A DNA stretch of 64,000 nucleotides, from NCBI GenBank assembly GCA_040437565.1, contig JBDOQK010000079.1, forward strand, positions 1 through 64,000, in the 5' to 3' direction. Below the pieces are notes generated by a model that saw nothing but the letters and a program-made list of their open reading frames with translations, had not been told where the DNA came from and searched no databases. Within the stretch, counting starts at the first letter, position 1, and every line of letters starts with the position of its first letter. The DNA comes from Albugo candida (Eukaryota). Of this stretch, positions 13,124 to 24,987 are shown piece by piece. Position numbers and translations under genes: made by a program.

Positions 13124-14701
13124 ATGCGCTCGCTTTGGGGTCGCAAAAGTTCTGGTAATTCGAGCGATGACACATTGACTGGACACAAGTTTTATGAGAA
13201 TGAAGCAAGTAAAAGAGAGTCCACAACATCGGTCGACGCGCATCTCAAGAGTTCCCAATTATCATTCACCCTAACTGATAATCGACGTGAAGAGTTACTG
13301 CTTGCTGCTCGAACAAATCGATTCGCATGGGTGGATACGATCCCATCGACAGTTCCCGGCACAATACTCAAACTCGGTGGAAAAATCACGTCTTCAACAG
13401 AACTTATACAGGAACGAAAAAGGCTGGTCTCATCCTCGCATTATCGTATGGTGCAAGAAATTGAATCCGATGTCCTAGCGTACTTGGATCGGATCCGAGT
13501 CTTCCAACATGAAATGCAGCACGAATGGCCTCTAGCGTCAGATCATACCACGCAAAGCACGAAAGCGTCTGCTATACTCAAAAAAAGTATTTTGGAAGAG
13601 GCAGACATAATGAAAGATGAGTTGAATCAGTACAAAACCGACTTACTCTTACGGCGCGAACAATATTGGAACACTCAAAGGAAACCCACATTTGACGTCC
13701 AATTGACAGAACAAGAGCGAGCTTCTTTCTTCCTACTGGCTTTTCGTGACTTTATAGCGTTTCTGAAGGATCCTTCCGTTTGTGACATTGTCTACAACAT
13801 TCAATGCTTTGTCCACAAATTCACAACTCGCGTGCAAGAGGAACGCACTGGTGAGCGCATACATGAATTTATTACCAATATAACTCCCTTGATTCGGAAA
13901 CATACTCTGTACAATACAAATGCCGACATGACTCTATTTTTCCAACTTGAAAGCGAGAAATTTGAGTTTGGTCATCATTTTGTTCACGAGATATTAGAAG
14001 CGTTCTTGATGGAAAAGCTTTATTCTAGTGTATATGGTGGATCCGTCTCATTAGAGGCTGAGGATGCGGCATTACATGAACGAATCGAGTCATTGCAATT
14101 CATTCAGTTCCACCATATCGATCTTCCTGAAATTGGGAAAGCTGACGCTACAATGCTAAAGCGATGGGACGCTCTGGTTATCCAAATACGAGATTTCGCA
14201 GTGAACATCTCACCACGCAGGAAAATGGATTGCCTTCTTGAAGTGTGTCGTGTTCTCACATCTTTTGTTACGGATTGGCTCCAAACCAGCGAAACCTCTC
14301 ATAGAGCTGAAATTCGCTCGCCCTTGGCAGCAGATGAGTTCCTTCCAGCATTCATTTTTCTTGTCCTTCAAGCCAATCCGATCGGACTCAAGCAAGCGAT
14401 TGCGTACGTTTTCGAGTATCGTCATCCAAGCCAATTGGTGTCTGAATCTCGGTACTTCCTTACGCATCTGCTTGGAAGCATCGAGTTCCTCGAAACACTT
14501 GATTTTGCTCAGCTCACGATCACTGAGGAGGAGTTTCGACTTGGACTAGAAAGCCACAGGAAGAAGAATTTGTGCTCTACAAACGTACCCGTATCTGAAA
14601 GTCCCAAATTATCGAGCATCTTCCCAACAGAAATTGACGTGTTGAGCATTCATTCCAAGCGTTTGCAATTATTCCATCCATCTGATCAAAACCTTCCTTG
14701 A
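13124..14701 (+). CDS. VPS9-domain Rab5-family guanine nucleotide exchange factor
   Basis: 525 aa ORF containing SPRRKMDCL...AADEFLPAFIFLVLQANP...SESRYFLTHL, the VPS9 catalytic motifs. Confidence 0.9.
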   Translation: MRSLWGRKSSGNSSDDTLTGHKFYENEASKRESTTSVDAHLKSSQLSFTLTDNRREELLLAARTNRFAWVDTIPSTVPGTILKLGGKITSSTELIQERKRLVSSSHYRMVQEIESDVLAYLDRIRVFQHEMQHEWPLASDHTTQSTKASAILKKSILEEADIMKDELNQYKTDLLLRREQYWNTQRKPTFDVQLTEQERASFFLLAFRDFIAFLKDPSVCDIVYNIQCFVHKFTTRVQEERTGERIHEFITNITPLIRKHTLYNTNADMTLFFQLESEKFEFGHHFVHEILEAFLMEKLYSSVYGGSVSLEAEDAALHERIESLQFIQFHHIDLPEIGKADATMLKRWDALVIQIRDFAVNISPRRKMDCLLEVCRVLTSFVTDWLQTSETSHRAEIRSPLAADEFLPAFIFLVLQANPIGLKQAIAYVFEYRHPSQLVSESRYFLTHLLGSIEFLETLDFAQLTITEEEFRLGLESHRKKNLCSTNVPVSESPKLSSIFPTEIDVLSIHSKRLQLFHPSDQNLP

Positions 14702-14928
14702 TGATTTGGCAGCCTTATTCCAGTGAAATGATCGCAGTTTGTCAATATTTCGAAGACAATGGCAAGAACGATCACAAATTATCGTGACATCAGTCGAGCA
14801 GCGATGACTTGTTACCAGGTGAAGGCGCATGACGATATTTACATGAGACTGAAATGGAAGCTCAATCCTTGTCGAAACTCAAATCTGCATCAGATCCTTG
14901 CAGGTGCTTACGGTGGAAAGAAGATGCT

Positions 14929-16842
14929 TTAGACAGCTGGGGTTTGTGTCGTTGATGGCTCAGAATTTGAGGGGCAATCTGAGTCAAATATGGCTTGCTT
15001 GGCGAGTTTCTGCGCTGCTGAAAGCACCGCATGCTGTTCATCGTCAAACTCTTCCTTTTCTGCTTGTTCTGCGCCTGCGCTTTTCGGAAGAAATGGCTGA
15101 CCGGGAAAGATTGATGCAAAGATGGTTCGAGCATTTGCGACCGCGGAAGCAAACCCGATTTCTGAGGAATAATCAGACATCTCTTGTGGCACAAAAGGCG
15201 CAATGGGCGTCTCACACAGCGTCACGTTTTTTGGTAGCTTGCACTCAACGGGAAGCCTCGCACTTGTAACCAAATCCATCGTGAAAATAGCCTGATACAG
15301 CACAAGGTCTCTGTCAATGGATCCCTGACCTAGCTGATCCTGAATCACAGATGTCATCAATTTGTATGACTTTTCTTCATCGTCCGACCACTCGTCGGGA
15401 AGTTTGGTGGATATCTGAAGCACATAGATTCCCTCTGGACAACTTCCAGCACTCTCATCGATTTGCATGATATGAATTGCAAAAGGATTGTCATACGATA
15501 TATCTTTAGGTGGAATGATCACAAGAAATCGCTTCTCTGTTGTTCGAAGAGACGCTCGCATGATCACAATTGCTCTCAAAAGACGAGGATAAACAGGTGG
15601 TTTCTCCTTCTCCATGAACAATGAGAGATAGCTACCGTTTACGACAATGTGACGTCCTTTTAGTACGCCGCCGTCTGTACGAACACTCACATGCTCCTTG
15701 TCAGCATGTTCATCTTCCGATCCCACAAATCCGTAAATTGGCGCTCTCAACACATAGATACCACCATATACAGCTCCTAATCGGCAGAAACTTTGGGTCA
15801 ATTCACTGACACCGAATATTGGAATCAAAAAAGCTGAATTCGCGAATCGTCCAATAGAAGCGACATAATCATGGACAGCTTGTAGACCACGCTTCACCGA
15901 TAAGAAATGATCAGTGGTGTCGCGTTCTGTTTCGAAAGCAACGCAATACAATACAACTTGCTGAAGCTTTGACGACATATGAAATTTGTTTTCTAGAAGA
16001 TATTGAAAGGGACGAGCCCAATATTGCTCAATGTCTTCAAAGCCCGGCACAAGTTTGTTTTGAGGTCACTGAAGCGACCTCCCTAAAGCCAAATCGCGCT
16101 CATTTTTAGTTTCCAAGCATTCTCCTTTGAATCGTATATCTCCGATATCAGCAACAAATTGAAGAAACTTCATAAGTGTTCGCTTTTCTGTAACACTCAG
16201 TAAATCGCTCTGAAAGACGTCCTTCTTTGAGCACGGAACAGGAGAGACGGTCTTTATAAGCTCTTCATCTTTCCAAGTTGTAATTTGAAGAAAGGAACGT
16301 TCTAATGCTGTAAATTCGAGATAGCGACCCACGCCAGATGAAATGAGAAGCTGAACAAGTTCTCCTGCCGCAAAGAGTAGCTTTGGGGAGACAACGTCCA
16401 GATTGAAGCGAGTAGATTGACTCGTTAAACTCTCTTTGGCTTTTGCAGATGTGAATGAGGTTCCTTTTGAAATTTTTTGTACATGAAGTCGTGGTGCGAG
16501 AATCTGATAATTTGGTGCCGTGTTCATATTTTCCAAATCAGAGGAATCGAGCCAGTGTGAAAACTGATTCATATTCAAAGTCGCATAATTAGAGCCGTAG
16601 TAGTCGTTCTAAATGGTCAGGTAAAGGGATGTTTTGCCACAAAAAGAGGTATCACATTGACGTACCGGGTCACAATGAAGCACTGTTTTGCCAATTCGCG
16701 CGAATGCTCTGCATAGAAATTATGAGTCATGTGAGAGATTGAATGGCAGTATTGAACTTTACCCTGCAAGGATGGACTCTACTATTCCAGTTCCAAGGAT
16801 AATAACATCGTATTCAGTCGCTATTAGCAAAGGATCCATCAT
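14929..16842 (-). CDS. Rab escort protein / Rab geranylgeranyltransferase component A (GDI/REP family), with an in-frame TGA
   Basis: The N-terminus EYDVIILGTGIVESILAG|AFARIGKTVLHCDP|NDYYGS is assembled over two introns. Also VPCSKKDVF and FLIPIFGVSELTQSFCRLGAVYGGIYVL. ORFs 16066..16578 and 14929..16050 share a frame, separated by a TGA at 16066-16068. Confidence 0.88.
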
Positions 16843-16983
16843 CCAGCCAAGATAGTAGTTTTGTTATGTCTGTTAAGTGCGATATCTGCTTTGTTGAGCT
16901 GAACAAAGATACAGTGCATGATGGCCCATAAACGCACTAAAAACAAAACAGTTTTCATAGAGTGCTAGCAAAGGTGCCAAGCT

Positions 16984-17449
16984 TTGGCAAGAAAATGAGC
17001 CAGTTGTGCTTGAACATTTCTTCTACTTATCAAAGGAAGACTCCCATGTCGGTGAATAGGATGAAATTGATATCGTTTATTCCGATAGCGAGAACATCAT
17101 GTGGAACAAAACGACATTGAATCGCTAAATACTTTGCTCCGAATCATTATGTTACAGCTCCAGCTTNNNNNNNNNNNNNNNNNNNNNNNNNNNNNNNNNN
17201 NNNNNNNNNNNNNNNNNNNNNNNNNNNNNNNNNNNNNNNNNNNNNNNNNNNNNNNNNNNNNNNNNNTTGGCAAGAAAATGAGCCAGTTGTGCTTGAACAT
17301 TTCTTCTACTTATCAAAGGAAGACTCCCATGTCGGTGAATAGGATGAAATTGATATCGTTTATTCCGATAGCGAGAACATCATGTGGAACAAAACGACAT
17401 TGAATCGCTAAATACTTTGCTCCGAATCATTATGTTACAGCTCCAGCTT
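16984..17449. other. 100-N gap with duplicated flanks
   Basis: 16984-17166 is repeated at 17267-17449. Confidence 0.9.
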
Positions 17450-20255
17450 CGATTGACAAGTCATTACTGCGTCAGATTCGATATCAAGGAAAACACTTTC
17501 GCTATTTCAGTTTAAAGCATGAACAACACCGACAGCGAATTCTGTGGTTTATCCCTGCAATTACAACGCCTACGTGCCCTCGTACTGGCGTATGGTCTAC
17601 AAGACACCTCTTTTCTCTTATAACGCTGATTATCTCTAATGATGCGCATGCTTCACCTAACTTTGTGCCATAAATCATTTTGTGAGCTTCGGTTCAGACA
17701 CCATATTTCATATCCTTGTAGGTAGAACTTGCTATTTCTGCCACATTTTGTACCATCGTAATACACGGAACTATTTTATCATTTTAGTGTAGGTCTCCAG
17801 GCCAGCACGTGATCCCACAAATGGCGTACGTGTCTGGATCTCGATTATGTTCTTTCTCAGCTTTGCAATTTGGGTCTCGACACCGCGCTACAATATATAG
17901 CAGCCCAAGGAGTTTTATTTGATGATGTTTATAAACTATTGCTTGTGGGTTGCAATACTACAAATTATCAGAATACAAAGTAGGGATACAGAAAGTAGGC
18001 ATCCAGCCGAGCGTCTCCGGTTTACCCTACGCACAAATTATATGCTCAAGTTGGTGCTTACATAAACGACAAAAGCCGCATATTACAAAACCGGAAGAAT
18101 GTATGGGACACGTCTCAATGTTGATTTTTCTTTTTTCGCATTCTATGACAAGGAGAACGATGATTTGGATGACCGATGTGGTAGACGAGAATTCAACCTC
18201 GTTGTGTTCTGACATCACAATGCTCTTTTTTTGTATCAATTGCTAGTAGTGAGCAACCCACCATTATGGCCCGTGGTATGCTAGCTATGCGAAGAGGCTT
18301 TCATGTATTCTAGGAATCGTTGAAGCTGCCGTATACCCGTATCATCAATAAAAAGCATTGTAGCCCGATCAGCGAGCAACGATAAGGATTCGATCTTCCA
18401 GCGAGGATATTAGATTTCTAAAACAGAGATATACTTGAGAATGCGCCTAGCTTATTTTACGTCTTCATATTTTTTTTTAAGGAAGCGATTAGTTGCACTA
18501 CTGATCTCGTGAGTGTATTATTTTCCTCGGTGTTAGATAATCATCTTTTTTGTGTAAATAGAGCTCGAACCTTGAACCGACCCTGGTGATCATTTATCGC
18601 CACATTCTTCTTAGTGGCATCGTTGCTGTTTATGGAAAATTTAGCGTCAGTGCTTCCTCGTTTGTAAGAAACGATGCATAGTCGATATACTAAAAAACTG
18701 TGTTTATTGTAGAGCCTACTACCTTGATGTCAGACTTCATACAACTGCCTAATGGATAAGTATTGCACAAGAGCTTTAATCACCACCCTTTTTGCAGAGT
18801 TGTGTGACTGAGTAGAGACCGCACGTCAGGATCGTTGAAGGGGAATCATCAACAAATACAAACGCGATTTGTTTTGTTTTATCTTCATTGCTTGAGTAGA
18901 CATACTTCTGACAAGACGATTGCTGCTACTTCTATACAGCGCCCACTCCTATCCGCTTCATATCGTGAATCCTTTAACTTCGGCTTCCATTTCTTATGAA
19001 ATAACCGATCATCCGATGCGACCTAGATTTTGATCTCTCAACGCTAAGAAACAAAAAAGGCTTATCTGATCCCTGTCTGTGCTTATCTGATTTGACTTTG
19101 TTACAGTAAGTCGATGTCTATTTGCTTTCGAGATTTTGCTATTTGTGTTCAAAAAAGTAAATCATATAGTTTGCCGCAATATGTTTGAATGACGTCAACG
19201 CTGTAGAAACTCGCTTTGTGAATTGCGTGTCTGCCGTATAGTAATGACAGGACAAGTCGGGGATCTGTTATGGCAGCGTGGTAGGCACAGTCCGTAGTTG
19301 GAGTACTCTAAACGTCAGTTTCACTTGGATACCAAATCATCTGCGTATGTGACTCAAGGGATTGAGTGCATGCTACCGCTTTTTCATACCATTCTGTCAA
19401 AAGTGTTTACATAGGCTTCATTCAAGCAGCACTATTAGCACACCTGACATCAATAGGTGGAAACATCAAAATATTTCTCTTGGGACTAGAATTCTAAAGT
19501 CTTATTTGATCGCTATTCAGTTCAAGCAGAGTGAAGATCGACTTTTTCCCGATTCAGCCACATAGACACACCGGTCCAAATCTCATCTCTATAGACTCGA
19601 CATATATGTCTGAACTACTGTAGGGCTGCCAGGGGATGAAGCCTTGTATCGAGTTTCGTACATTATGTTGAGTACAACATGGTAGCAAGCCATAACTGAG
19701 TTGACACATCAATCAATGGCGTCGCTCGTTACTTCTGTCGAAACTTTTTGGAATGCAAGAGCCTCAAAGACAGAAAACCCAGGGTATGTTCTGGTGCATT
19801 GTCACGATGACCATAATCGAATATCATACATCAAGCCACTGTTATTCTGAAACCCGAGGTGCGAGATTCACATCGCTGGTCGACACGAACCCTCGAGTAG
19901 AGCTACTGCCCATTTCTAATGCTTTTGATATCGCGGACGTCGCTGTAAGGAGCACGGAATATCGGCAAATGTGCAGTGCAGTCCGTGACAAACATACATT
20001 CGTATGATGTTACAACTTGTATTTTGTCTTTATTGCATTCTCGACCCGTCATCAGTGTCGCCTATGAACAGAGGAAAACCTCACTTTGGCCTTCTTGTTA
20101 CCATGTACCTGTTGTGAGCATATAATACTTTGTACAAGCATTTGTGTGTCCCTTGAACTCTCAGACTTTGATTGTCACTCGTCTATTACTGCGATATAAA
20201 TTCTTTATCCCATTGATTGGTAAGCATTCACGCGCATGGATCAACATGGTGCACA

Positions 20256-21868
20256 TCACTGGACTTTTGATCGATCCAGTAAGATTCTTCGGACAGTTGG
20301 TACTTCAAGAAACCTTATAAATTCGCCCAAAATCTTCTCTACTTCACCGTCATTTGCAGCAGAGAATTGATGCATGAGTGCCCAATAGCGTTTTGTAATT
20401 GTCTGAAGCTACAAAAAGAAACATGAGCAATTCTTTCATTCCGATAATGCCTCCTACCTGATCCGCTAAAGGCCGCTGCAGAAACTTTCTTTGCCGTACT
20501 GCCAGTTCGTAGAGAGCCTCATCAATGATTTGGAAAGGATCCTCTCCTTTGAGAAACTTTGTGAACGATGTCGCATAATTCCCAATTTTTGAGATGAATT
20601 TGTTTGATATCTAATCATAGAAGCGCCAATGGGTAAGAATCAGCTTGAAGCTGGAAGATAAAACTTTTCTCACCTCTTTTGCACGCTCGGATTGCTCTGA
20701 CGAGAGGAATGGTAAAAGTTGTGCTAGATTGTTACCGAGTCTGTCATTTGCGTTAAGTCTCGAGTCAGAATGATTGATCGTTTCTTTGATTCGCTGAATG
20801 ATACTTTCTGTATTATCCAGTAAGAAAATCCGACATCGTTGCTGCTGTTTGAAAAAGATCGTTAATGCTTTGCCGCGTTGAGGAGTGAATCGAGTGACAT
20901 CTTTGAGATGAATGATATCTCTGACGTAGAATACATCTTTCGTATTGTGACTTGTATAGTCGCTGTTACCATTTTGTTTTTCGCTTGCATCTGTATCGAG
21001 TAACACTATTTTTTTACCTTGAATGACCAACGATGCAGCTACGAGCTTCGCCTGAGGATCCATCTCATAACAATAATGAATCTGTCCACGCACATCGCGT
21101 TTTCGTATACATATTCGCTTACTGTCTTGCTGCATTTGAGAAGATGATTTACGTTGATCATGATCCGAGGAGCTTTTCGCGGTCGTCTGTATGCTGGGTT
21201 GTGGATCGCTCTAAAAGCAGGCGTTCAGTACGTAATCAACGAGCACTTTGTCCCCTCACCTTTTGTACAAACGCTGCAAATTCACTCAGCAAAGAAGGAA
21301 TCGTGTACGAAGGGGTCCAATGTTCCAACAGCGGGAGCATCAATCGCTTCCCGCAGTCTGATTCTCTGTGTGAAAGCTTGCGGATCTCCGACGGGATATC
21401 ACGATCTCTCAACATGTCTTTCGAAATGTGAAGTATTCCATGATTGACGTATACGATTGGTGCTGTATACGGATAGGCTCGCTCATTTGTCCCCTTCCTC
21501 GTCGAAGGCGTTGAGATCAAAAGTCGAATTAAAGGGATAAGATCCAACGCAGACGATCCGTTTTGAAAGGGTATAAAGCAATCGAACACTCCGATACAAA
21601 TTCCTTCGTCCTTGCGAAATTCTAGCTGACGTAGCGAAATACCGGGAAAAAGCCCATCTATGGCACGGCACTTTTGATACTCTCGCTCCATGCGATTTTG
21701 CCAAAGCATTAAAGACGTTGAACACGGAGAGGGAGCAGTGTGTGACGATGAAGAAGGAGTATGCGGTGGTATTGAACGCAGGTTGCTTTTCTTCGCGGCG
21801 GGCGATACATCGGAAATCGAAGCAATCGAAGCGCTCATTTTCTTCATCAAATGTATTTGTGTTATCAT
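20256..21868 (-). CDS. Protein with N-terminal UBC/E2-variant-like domain, central PH-like beta region and helical C-terminus (4 exons)
   Basis: YPYTAPIV and LMLPLLEHWTPSYTIPSLL resemble the UBC fold. Introns near 21211-21260, 20611-20673 and 20410-20457 join ORFs 21236..21868 and 20611..21135 to two further exons ending in TGA at 20256. Confidence 0.65.
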
Positions 21869-21915
21869 ACTACTACACTTCAGTTAACACAATATAACAA
21901 TAACAGTTTCTTTAT

Positions 21916-24846
21916 CTAATATTTCCCCAAATGATGCGCCAAATTGAGAACACTTCCGAATAAGCATCCTGCAGTGATTGCAGCATCTGCAACTGGTCCT
22001 GTGATTACAATAGGATGCGTAGCGTGTCTACGAGTATAGAATGAAATTCCACACTGTCCGGACTCGAGCGAATTGATCGAATGCTTTCTGTCGATATTTG
22101 CCACTTGAATTTCAATTCGTTTCAGTGCGACATCAATACAGACAATCACTCCAATTGTCTCGTTATCCAATTGCGCTTGTTCCAATCGTTTTTGTAGCAT
22201 ACACGACGCCATCATTTTGCCATTAACATGCTCATAAACTTGTTCATAACTCCATAAAGCAGTATCGACATTTTGAGACGGACTCAGTTCCATCAAGCAC
22301 GGATCAATCTCCACCTCATTGAGATCCAACCATACATCCAATTCTCTCGCTAAAAGGATAGCTTTCTTCGCACAAAGCACACCGCTAATATCTTGCATAA
22401 TCTCATCTGCAGTCATCCGTGATCGATACTGCTCACACTTCTGCTTACATACTTGCAAAGTCTTCTCTAAAGGAAGATGTTTTGTCGATAAGAAGAAATC
22501 GGTCAGAAACTGACTCGCTGATAATTCGACTCTCTCCACCGAATCGCCAGTTTCAATAAAGTTTCGAATCGTTCCAACAAGCGGAACTCCAATCGCTAAA
22601 CACGCTTCTGTATCAAACATAACTTCATGTATTGCCATTTTTTCCTTCAGTTTTTGATGCAATTGACTCGGATACGCAGATACGTTGATATTCGCACTTA
22701 CAACATGCACACCAGCGTCCAGCCAGATTGGATAAAAGTCGGGTATATGGGAAGCGTGGTGACGTGACACATCGACAAGGAGCCAATGAGGAATGTGGTC
22801 AGCACAAACGTGTCTTAGGAATTTCGCGTGGTCGAATGCTTCGTAGTGTGAGCAATGCTGCAGCATGTCACATGTGATACTTTCGCTGGAACACAACAAC
22901 ATGCGGTGATCGGTTGTTGTGATAGCGCGGATACGAATGTCGACATTATTGGTGGCTTTCAAGTGTTTACGTTGCTGATAATACTGTTCCAATAAAGCAT
23001 TCCCAATACCGCCTTTCAAATCACAGTCCAAATCAATTCCCATGACACCTATTGAAATGGTTTGATCCGATAAAAAGAATGCGGAATGAGCTGCACGTAA
23101 AGCTGCAGCAGAATCTTCGTATCGAACCACAGCCGATATGTTTCGTTCCGAAGATCCTTGCGAGATAGCCAATGTATTGATTCCTGCACGACCCAGCGCA
23201 CTGAAAAACCGACCTGATACTCCGGGTGTTTGGGTCATGTTATCGCCCACAGCTGCAATCACACTTACAGGAGACACAAATTCGGGTTCATTTAATAGTC
23301 CATGATGAATCTCTTTGAAGAAAGCCTCACTCACAGCATTTTTGACTTCATTCGCACATACGGATGGTACTGCAAAGCAAATGGAATGTTCCGAACTTGC
23401 TTGTGCGATCAAGACCACATTCACTTTTGATCGATCTAAAGCACTGAATAAACGCGAAGAAGTTCCATGAACACCAATCATTCCCGCTCCTTCAATATTG
23501 AATAGAGCGAGATGATCCACAGTGGAGAATCCACTCACAGTATGTCGTGCAACTTGTGATCGAGATCTCGGGCGATCTTCCTTCCTTTCTCTTCCATGAG
23601 TAATTTTAGTGCCCAAATGCGTCGGATGGAAGGTGTTACGGATATAAATTGNNNNNNNNNNNNNNNNNNNNNNNNNNNNNNNNNNNNNNNNNNNNNNNNN
23701 NNNNNNNNNNNNNNNNNNNNNNNNNNNNNNNNNNNNNNNNNNNNNNNNNNNTGATCGATCTAAAGCACTGAATAAACGCGAAGAAGTTCCATGAACACCA
23801 ATCATTCCCGCTCCTTCAATATTGAATAGAGCGAGATGATCCACAGTGGAGAATCCACTCACAGTATGTCGTGCAACTTGTGATCGAGATCTCGGGCGAT
23901 CTTCCTTCCTTTCTCTTCCATGAGTAATTTTAGTGCCCAAATGCGTCGGATGGAAGGTGTTACGGATATAAATTGGGATGGATTCCATGATAGCAGGTGT
24001 CATTGTCTTTGGATGGATGACTTTGGCTCCAAAGTACGCGAGTTCCATGGCTTCTTGATACGATATCTCATGTAGAATTCTGGATTCCGGTACTCGTCGA
24101 GGATCCGCACTAAGCACACCCGACACGTCAGTCCATATGGTGATACTAGAAGCATGTAAAAGCCGTCCACAAATCGAAGCTGTAAAATCACTTCCATCCC
24201 GTTTCAGCGTCGTCATGATCCCGTCGATGGTACTGCATATAAAGCCTGTGATAACGACGTGATCCATCGCATCCGCATCGCTCGATGCTCTCAAAATTGA
24301 ATTCAATTTCTCTTCAGATACTTCATACTGGACAACAGGACCGTGATCTGGATCGATCACAACTGTTAGAAATCTTCGGGCGTCAATGAATTCATATCGG
24401 CAATGCGTTTTGGAAGAGTAATTCAAGATCTCTGTCAGGATTTTAGCCGACCAAATTTCGCCGTGTCCTGCGATGAATTCCATTATTGTTTCGTTGAACG
24501 ATCTCATGATAGTGATGGCACGCAAAAGCTCGGATAATTGGAGGATATCGTCATTGATTTCCTGCATTAAGCGAGTCGCAATATCTGGCGGGAGTAATGT
24601 CGTCAGTATCTCCTGGTGTTTTGTACGAAGTGTTGCGAAAATGGCATTTATCTCAATCTGTTTGTCAGCTTGAGCACAATCGACTATTTCTATGAGCAAA
24701 TCCGTCACTTTGGGGACGCCGCCAATTGCAGAGACAACAACAGCAATTTTGGGACATTCCAACGATGTTACAATGTCAATGACATTTGTTATGGCAGCAG
24801 CATTCCCGACAGATGTGCCACCAAACTTGTGCACGACAAACGACAT
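21916..24846 (-). CDS. Aspartokinase with two ACT domains and a degenerate homoserine dehydrogenase-like domain (ThrA-type architecture)
   Basis: VHKFGGTSV, TTLKRDGSDFTA, WTDVSGVLSADPR, ELAYFGAKVIHP, and ACT repeats (QASSEHSI, QGSSERNI). True length is about 868 aa once the 324-nt gap plus duplication is removed. Confidence 0.93.
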   Translation of the reverse strand: MSFVVHKFGGTSVGNAAAITNVIDIVTSLECPKIAVVVSAIGGVPKVTDLLIEIVDCAQADKQIEINAIFATLRTKHQEILTTLLPPDIATRLMQEINDDILQLSELLRAITIMRSFNETIMEFIAGHGEIWSAKILTEILNYSSKTHCRYEFIDARRFLTVVIDPDHGPVVQYEVSEEKLNSILRASSDADAMDHVVITGFICSTIDGIMTTLKRDGSDFTASICGRLLHASSITIWTDVSGVLSADPRRVPESRILHEISYQEAMELAYFGAKVIHPKTMTPAIMESIPIYIRNTFHPTHLGTKITHGRERKEDRPRSRSQVARHTVSGFSTVDHLALFNIEGAGMIGVHGTSSRLFSALDRSXXXXXXXXXXXXXXXXXXXXXXXXXXXXXXXXXXIYIRNTFHPTHLGTKITHGRERKEDRPRSRSQVARHTVSGFSTVDHLALFNIEGAGMIGVHGTSSRLFSALDRSKVNVVLIAQASSEHSICFAVPSVCANEVKNAVSEAFFKEIHHGLLNEPEFVSPVSVIAAVGDNMTQTPGVSGRFFSALGRAGINTLAISQGSSERNISAVVRYEDSAAALRAAHSAFFLSDQTISIGVMGIDLDCDLKGGIGNALLEQYYQQRKHLKATNNVDIRIRAITTTDHRMLLCSSESITCDMLQHCSHYEAFDHAKFLRHVCADHIPHWLLVDVSRHHASHIPDFYPIWLDAGVHVVSANINVSAYPSQLHQKLKEKMAIHEVMFDTEACLAIGVPLVGTIRNFIETGDSVERVELSASQFLTDFFLSTKHLPLEKTLQVCKQKCEQYRSRMTADEIMQDISGVLCAKKAILLARELDVWLDLNEVEIDPCLMELSPSQNVDTALWSYEQVYEHVNGKMMASCMLQKRLEQAQLDNETIGVIVCIDVALKRIEIQVANIDRKHSINSLESGQCGISFYTRRHATHPIVITGPVADAAITAGCLFGSVLNLAHHLGKY
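23428..23975. other. 100-N gap with duplicated flanks
   Basis: 23428-23651 is repeated at 23752-23975. Confidence 0.9.
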
Positions 24847-24987
24847 GAGTGGAGGACAAATGAGATTGCCGCGGAGGTGTAAAATGCAATTATATTGTAC
24901 AGTTTATTAGCAAATACGAGATCGTAGCATGCATTTTGATTCTGCTGCGTATAAATAATGAGGGGATATGAAATAGTCGATGCGTGA

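Noticed and set aside
7292-16068. Possible stop-codon reassignment (TAG at a Trp site, TGA at a probable Arg site)
   Set aside because: Only two cases, involving different codons, each one transition from a sense codon. TGA, TAG and TAA all end normal genes in this window.
17450-20200. Short ORFs and a broken signal-peptide-like stretch near 18000 on the minus strand
   Set aside because: No coherent spliced frame or recognisable domain could be built.
23428-23975. Apparent extra ACT-domain duplication in the aspartokinase (976 aa ORF)
   Set aside because: It is an exact repeat on both sides of a 100-N gap. The same pattern occurs at six gaps, so these are unmerged contig overlaps.
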